DNA of 64,000 nucleotides from Candidatus Multivorans sp. (GTDB lineage Bacteria; Acidobacteriota; Thermoanaerobaculia; Multivoradales; Multivoraceae): NCBI GenBank assembly GCA_965203495.1, contig CBDBDB010000007.1, positions 324,959 to 388,958 of the forward strand, read 5' to 3'. Shown piece by piece: positions 59,115 to 64,000 of this stretch (position 1 is its first letter; each line of letters starts with the position of its first letter). The notes under the pieces were generated by a model. It saw only the letters and a program-made list of their open reading frames with translations, ran no database searches and was not told where the DNA came from. The position numbers and the translations under genes were made by a program.

Positions 59115-60500
59115 TCAGCCGGCCGTCCGCACCTCGGTCGCTCCGAGCTCTTCAAGCTGGGGCAGGAGCTCGTCCGCGGGACCGACCGCGACGATCGTCA
59201 GGGCTTCGGGCGCCAGGTGACGACGGCAGACCTCGAGGACGTCTTCGCCTGAAGTCGCGCGAACCCGTTCAGGCCAGCGGTCGATCTCGTCGCGCTCCAG
59301 GTTGAAGGCGGCGAGCGTCCGCAGGCGGGAGGAAAGGCCCTGGATCGTCTGCAGCGTGTAGGGAAAGACGCCGACCATGTAGTTGCGGGCGTCGTCGAGT
59401 TCGGCGGCGCCCGGCGGTTCGGCGCACATCCGCTCGACCTCGTCGATCGTTTTCCGGCAGGCGTCGCCCGCAACGGCGTTGGCCGCCGCGGTCGAGATGA
59501 CGAAGGGGCCCGGGCCGCGACGGAAGTCGAAGGCGCTCCAGACGCCGTAGGTGTAGCCGTGCTTCTCCCTGAGAACGAGGTTCAGCCGGCTGATGAACTT
59601 GCCCCCGAGGATGGAGTTCGCCACCTGGAGCCGCACGCGGTCGGGATGACGGCGCGGGACGCCGGCGTGGCCGATTCTCAGTTCCGTCTGCGCGGCGCCG
59701 GGCCGGTCGACAACCACGACGCGGCGGGCCGGCGGCGAGGGAGGTTCGGGTTCGAGAGTTTCCACCGCGGCGTCGAAGCGGCCGGCGTGGCGCCGGAGCC
59801 GGGGTTCGACCGTCTTCTCGATCGCCCGTCGCGCACGGCCGCGACCGAGTTCGCCGACCGCGATCAGGTGGCAGGAGCCCGCGGCGAGGGCCCGCGCGTG
59901 GAACCCTGCGATGTCGTCCCGGGTGATCGCCTCGGTCGTTGTCCGGTCGCCGATCGCCGAGCGGGCGTAGGGCGTGGCGCCGTACACGGCGCGGGCAAAG
60001 GCGATTCCGGCTTGCGCCGACGGGTCGCTGCGTCGCCGCTCGATCTCGGCCAGGCGCCGTCGCCGGCGGCGCTCGACTTCTTCGCCAGGGAAAGCCGGTT
60101 CCGCCGCGGCTTCGCTGACCAGTTCCAGGCCGGCGGCGATGTCGTCCGCGCCGACCGTGGCGCCGACGGCCGCGTTCTCCCAGTCGCAGGAAGTGGAGAT
60201 GGCGGTTCCGAGATCCTCCGCGGCGGCGGCGAACTGGAGCGCGTCGCGGTTCCTCGTGCCGGCGCCGCGCAGCCCCGCCGTGAACGAAGCGAGGCCGGCG
60301 CGCTCGGCCGTGTCGAGTTCGCTGCCGCCGGGCACGATCAGCAGGGCGGTGACCAGTCCGCAGCCCTCAACGTCGAGGGTCCAGAGCCGGGCGCCGGATG
60401 CGAGCTCCTCGACCTGGAAAGTCGGGAAGGAGCAGTTCCGGCCGGGGCCGGGAACCGGCGGTCGGCCGCGGTCCAGCGCCTGTCGTCCGTTCGCGGTCAC
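59115..60500 (-). CDS. M16-family peptidase, non-catalytic (no HxxEH) subunit
   Basis: It has the pitrilysin fold and lacks the zinc motif. The GTG start overlaps the upstream TGA. Confidence 0.65.
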   Translation of the reverse strand: MTANGRQALDRGRPPVPGPGRNCSFPTFQVEELASGARLWTLDVEGCGLVTALLIVPGGSELDTAERAGLASFTAGLRGAGTRNRDALQFAAAAEDLGTAISTSCDWENAAVGATVGADDIAAGLELVSEAAAEPAFPGEEVERRRRRRLAEIERRRSDPSAQAGIAFARAVYGATPYARSAIGDRTTTEAITRDDIAGFHARALAAGSCHLIAVGELGRGRARRAIEKTVEPRLRRHAGRFDAAVETLEPEPPSPPARRVVVVDRPGAAQTELRIGHAGVPRRHPDRVRLQVANSILGGKFISRLNLVLREKHGYTYGVWSAFDFRRGPGPFVISTAAANAVAGDACRKTIDEVERMCAEPPGAAELDDARNYMVGVFPYTLQTIQGLSSRLRTLAAFNLERDEIDRWPERVRATSGEDVLEVCRRHLAPEALTIVAVGPADELLPQLEELGATEVRTAG

Positions 60501-61791
60501 GTCCTCGGCGTCACGATGACGGCGGCTCGACGGTCCGGACCGAGGGCGCGCCGCGCAAGGTCCCGGACCTGTTCAGCGTCGACCTGGAGCAGCCGCTCGG
60601 GTTCGGAGAAGATCCTGGACGGATCCCCGAAGTAGGTCGCCGCGCAGGACAGGCGGTCGGCGCGAAGGGCGAGACTCTGTCTGCTGTCGTGGTGCGCGAG
60701 GAGCAGGCGCCGCCGCGCCCGCTCGAGTTCCTCCGCGGTCGGACCGGTCGAGCGGATCGTCTCCACGTGCTCGAGCACGGCCTGTTCGAGGTTCTCGACG
60801 TTCGCCAAGGGGTCCGGCTCGCGGCTCTGGCAGGTGGCGACGATGGCGAAGGTCGCGCAGATCTCGGTGGGCAGGATGACCGTGGAGACGGACTGCGCGA
60901 TCTGGCGCTCGTGGACGAGGTCGCGGTGGAGCCGACTCGTCTTCCCGGAGGCGAGGATCGTCGCCAGCAACTCGCCGGCGGTCCAGTCGTCGCTCCCGTA
61001 GCCTTCGAGGCACCAGGCGGACCAGGAGCGGGGCAGTTCAACCGAGTCCTCGTGGATCTCCCGCGCATCGCCGCGGGGACCGATCTCGCTCGCCGGCTCG
61101 ACGGCGGGCGGCGGCGGCAAGGGGCCGGACGGTATCTCGCCGAAGTAGCGCCGGACCTGCTCGAGAGCGGCTTCGCGGTCGATGGCGCCCGCCACGGTAA
61201 GGACCGCGTTGTTCGGCCGGTACCAGGTACGGAAGAAGTCCTCGACGCTGTCGAGGGTGGCGTCTTCCAGATCGTCCATGTAGCCGATGACCGGCCAGGC
61301 GTACGGGTGACTGACGCCGTTCGGGCGTCGGTAGAGGATCTCGCTCAGACGTTCCCCGGCCAGGCCGTACGGCTGGTTGTCGACGCGCTGCAAGCGCTCG
61401 TTCATGACCACTGACCGCTGGTTCTCGAACTTCTCCTCGGTCAGCGCCTCGAGCAGGAAGCCCATGCGGTCGGACTCCAGCCAGAGGCCGAGTTCCAGGT
61501 GGTTCGCGGGCAGGGTCTCGTAGTAGTTCGTGCGGTCGTACCAGGTCGAGCCGTTGGCGACGCCGCCGACCCGCTGGACGTGCTCGAAGTGGCCGTTCTC
61601 GGACACGTTCGCCGATCCCTGGAACAGCATGTGCTCGAAGAGATGGGCCAGACCGGTGCGGCCGGTCTCTTCGTTCTTCGAACCGACGTGGTACCAGACG
61701 TTCACGGCCGCCAGCGGCAGCCTCGGCTCCTCGTGGAGAACGACCCGCATGCCGTTCTGGAGTTCGTGCTGCTCGAGGCGCTCCGACATCG
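60497..61791 (-). CDS. M16-family zinc peptidase (pitrilysin), catalytic subunit
   Basis: HLFEHMLFQG is the inverted zinc motif HxxEH. The start is set at MSERLEQHELQNGMRVVL. Confidence 0.7.
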
Positions 61792-62003
61792 GCGCGTAGT
61801 GTATGCGGCCAGCGGGCGGAGCAACGGTCGGCCAGGCGCCGGTTGTCCGCCATGTTCTCTTGCGCCGGGTTTGCGGCGCGGGACGCTTGCGCCGTAGAAT
61901 GGCGGCGCATCGAGACGGTCGCCGCCAGCTTCTCTGGCGAGGCGGCGTCAGAGGCCGGACACGGCGCCTTCGACGCGGTTGGCGCCGCTGCCATGGACTG
62001 CCG

Positions 62004-62627
62004 ATGGACGACTTCCTGACCGAGCGGCAGAAGCAGGTTCTCGACTTCGTGTGCGAGTTCCGCCAGATGCGGGGCATTGCGCCCACTCACCTGGAGATCC
62101 GCCGCCGTTTCGGCTACCGGTCCTACGGCACCGTCCACAAGCACCTGAAGATCCTGAGGCGGAAGGGCTATCTGCGTGGCGGCTGGAATCAGAAGCGCGG
62201 CCTGGAACTGACGGAGAAGACGCTGCGCGGCCGACGTCCGGAAGCGAATGCCGTTCCCTTTCATGGCCGGATCGCGGCCGGCCGGCCGATCGAGGCGGTG
62301 CCGGGCATCGACGACCTGGCGGTGCCGGAGCACCTGCTCGAGGGCGGTCCGTCCGGCCGGCGTTACGTCCTCGAAGTGGAGGGGGATTCGATGATCGACG
62401 ACGGCATCTGCGACGGCGACCTGGTGGTGATCGCCGAGCGGGACGAGGCCCGGTCCGGGCAGGTGGTCGTCGCCCTGATCGACGGAGAGGCGACGCTCAA
62501 GCGGTACGTTCCGGAGGGCGATTTCGTCCGGCTGCAGCCGGCGAACCGGCAGATGGCGCCGCTCTACGTCGCCGCGGATCGACTCCGCATCCAAGGGGTC
62601 GTCGTCGGGCTGATGCGCCGCTATTGA
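62004..62627 (+). CDS. lexA: LexA repressor
   Basis: An N-terminal winged HTH is present. The cleavage site AAG lies in RIAAGRPIE. The S24 catalytic Ser is in EGDSM and the catalytic Lys is in TLKRY. Confidence 0.85.
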   Translation: MDDFLTERQKQVLDFVCEFRQMRGIAPTHLEIRRRFGYRSYGTVHKHLKILRRKGYLRGGWNQKRGLELTEKTLRGRRPEANAVPFHGRIAAGRPIEAVPGIDDLAVPEHLLEGGPSGRRYVLEVEGDSMIDDGICDGDLVVIAERDEARSGQVVVALIDGEATLKRYVPEGDFVRLQPANRQMAPLYVAADRLRIQGVVVGLMRRY

Positions 62628-62655
62628 TCGTCGCGGCCGTGCCGGGGCGGCGCCC

Positions 62656-64000
62656 TCAACTGCCGGCGGTGACGCTGCGCTCGACCCCCGCGCCGGGCAC
62701 GCCGTAGTAGGACAGGATGCCGTCCACGATCGCCTCGGCGACCCGTTGACGCCAGGCGCGGGTCTTGATCAGGCGGCGGTCCTGATCGTTGCTCAGGTTG
62801 CAGACCTCGAGGAGGACCTTGGCCGGTATCCGGTTGAAGCGGAGTTGCGCCGGCACGTAGACGCGGCGGCCGCGCCAGATCCGGTCGCGGATCGGGCTGT
62901 TGCGATGAACGCCCAGATCGGCGTTTCGGAAGCTGTCGAGCAGGTGCTCGGCGAGGTCGCGCGACAGGCCCTTGCTGGTTGTCCGCTCGGTTCGCGTGAA
63001 GGAGACGCGGGGCTCGGCCCGGACTTCGCGTCGGGAGTGGTACACGCTGCCCGACTTCCCGTAGTTGTTCGTGATGCCGACCAGACCTGGAATGTAGACC
63101 ATGGCGCCGTTCAGCGACGGGTGCAGCGAGTCCGCGTGAATCGAGATGAAGATCACCTGACTTGGCTCGGCGCCGGTCGCCCGGCGCTGACGGTAGACCG
63201 AGTTCGACAGGTACCACCGGAAGTTCGTCGCCACCGCCGCGTTGTCGATGCGGTATGGGGGGTTCGTGAGCACTGCGTGTCCACGGGAATGCGGCAGCAG
63301 GTCGGCGTCCCGGATGCGGAACGCGTCGCCTTCCCGCGTGGTCGGCACGACAGTGGCGGCGGTGCGGCTCTCCAGCAACCTCCTGGTCCGCAGCATGATG
63401 TCGTATACGTACACGCTCTCCCACAGACCGCCGACCGGCGCCCCCGTGTCGCGGCCGCCGTGGCCGGCGTCGAGCACCACCGTGACCCCGTCCAGGTCAA
63501 GGGCCAGCAGATCGTTCTCGATCTGCTCGGACGCGGAGCGCTGCGCCTCCCACTCCTGGCGGCGCGGATGATCCGGCGGCAGCCAGCGGGCGGAGAGCAG
63601 GTCGAGCGGAATGTCGATCTCGTAGCCGACCGGCAGGTCGCGCACGTCGCGGATCTGGTTGCGCTCCCTGATCTCGTCGACGAGTTCCTTCACGTCGTCG
63701 GCGAGAAGCCGCCCGGTGAATCGCATGACGACGCTGGAGTAGAGGGCTTCGCCGGCCTTCAATCGGTAGGTGGCGTAACCGCCCTGATCGTCCGAGCCGT
63801 AGCGGACGAAGGGTCCATCGCCAATGAAGGAACCGGCCCCGGAGTCCGCCGCGGCTGCCGCCGCGGCGGCGGGCAGCATGCCGGACCAAGGCTCCGTGAG
63901 CATGTCGCGCGGGACCAGAATGAACTGACCGGGGCTGATGACGCTGCTGGTCAGGCTGTTTGCCTGCCGCAGCGCCGCGTGGTTCCGGCCCGAGCCGGTG
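62656..64000 (-). CDS. N-acetylmuramoyl-L-alanine amidase (Amidase_3) with N-terminal LysM, 5'-partial
   Basis: VVLDAGHGGRDTGA and FISIHADS are present. The reading frame runs past the window end into a LysM-like segment SPGQFILVPRD. Confidence 0.7.
   Translation of the reverse strand, partial: TGSGRNHAALRQANSLTSSVISPGQFILVPRDMLTEPWSGMLPAAAAAAAADSGAGSFIGDGPFVRYGSDDQGGYATYRLKAGEALYSSVVMRFTGRLLADDVKELVDEIRERNQIRDVRDLPVGYEIDIPLDLLSARWLPPDHPRRQEWEAQRSASEQIENDLLALDLDGVTVVLDAGHGGRDTGAPVGGLWESVYVYDIMLRTRRLLESRTAATVVPTTREGDAFRIRDADLLPHSRGHAVLTNPPYRIDNAAVATNFRWYLSNSVYRQRRATGAEPSQVIFISIHADSLHPSLNGAMVYIPGLVGITNNYGKSGSVYHSRREVRAEPRVSFTRTERTTSKGLSRDLAEHLLDSFRNADLGVHRNSPIRDRIWRGRRVYVPAQLRFNRIPAKVLLEVCNLSNDQDRRLIKTRAWRQRVAEAIVDGILSYYGVPGAGVERSVTAGS

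Overview
This is a 64-kb window with about 70% GC from a diderm bacterium; a TonB-dependent receptor and an autotransporter support the diderm call. Coding density is high, GTG starts are frequent, and many adjacent genes overlap by 4 bp (GTGA or ATGA). The left part holds a permease, the recC-recB-recD operon on the minus strand, a cobalamin riboswitch in front of btuB, a two-gene pyrimidine reductive-catabolism operon bracketed by a 25-bp direct repeat, and a minus-strand surface-polysaccharide cluster. The centre, about 24.0 to 38.9 kb, is an accessory island rich in mobile elements. It contains a nested IS256-family insertion and an AAA15/ABC-type ATPase plus PIN-like protein operon, which is the best candidate for an undescribed defence module. 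It also holds a type III R-M system in the unusual order res-vapC-mod, with a 59-bp perfect hairpin inside the mod target-recognition region and an RHH-like tail fused in-frame to Res. An ISAs1-like fragment and an IS5/IS1182-family element split by a third, inverted IS256 copy complete the island. After a truncated hmgS-like remnant and a 13-C homopolymer comes a roughly 2170-codon autotransporter adhesin gene with long tandem coding repeats, broken by a single in-frame TGA at a predicted Trp codon. Downstream are a GDP-heptose modification cluster, a DUF4143-type ATPase, a GT2 plus acetyltransferase pair, an orphan N6-adenine MTase with a putative nuclease partner, a divergent EF-G paralogue, an M16 peptidase pair, lexA and a partial amidase. 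Long Arg/Pro-rich ORFs from the six-frame track that overlap these genes are off-frame artefacts of the high GC content.
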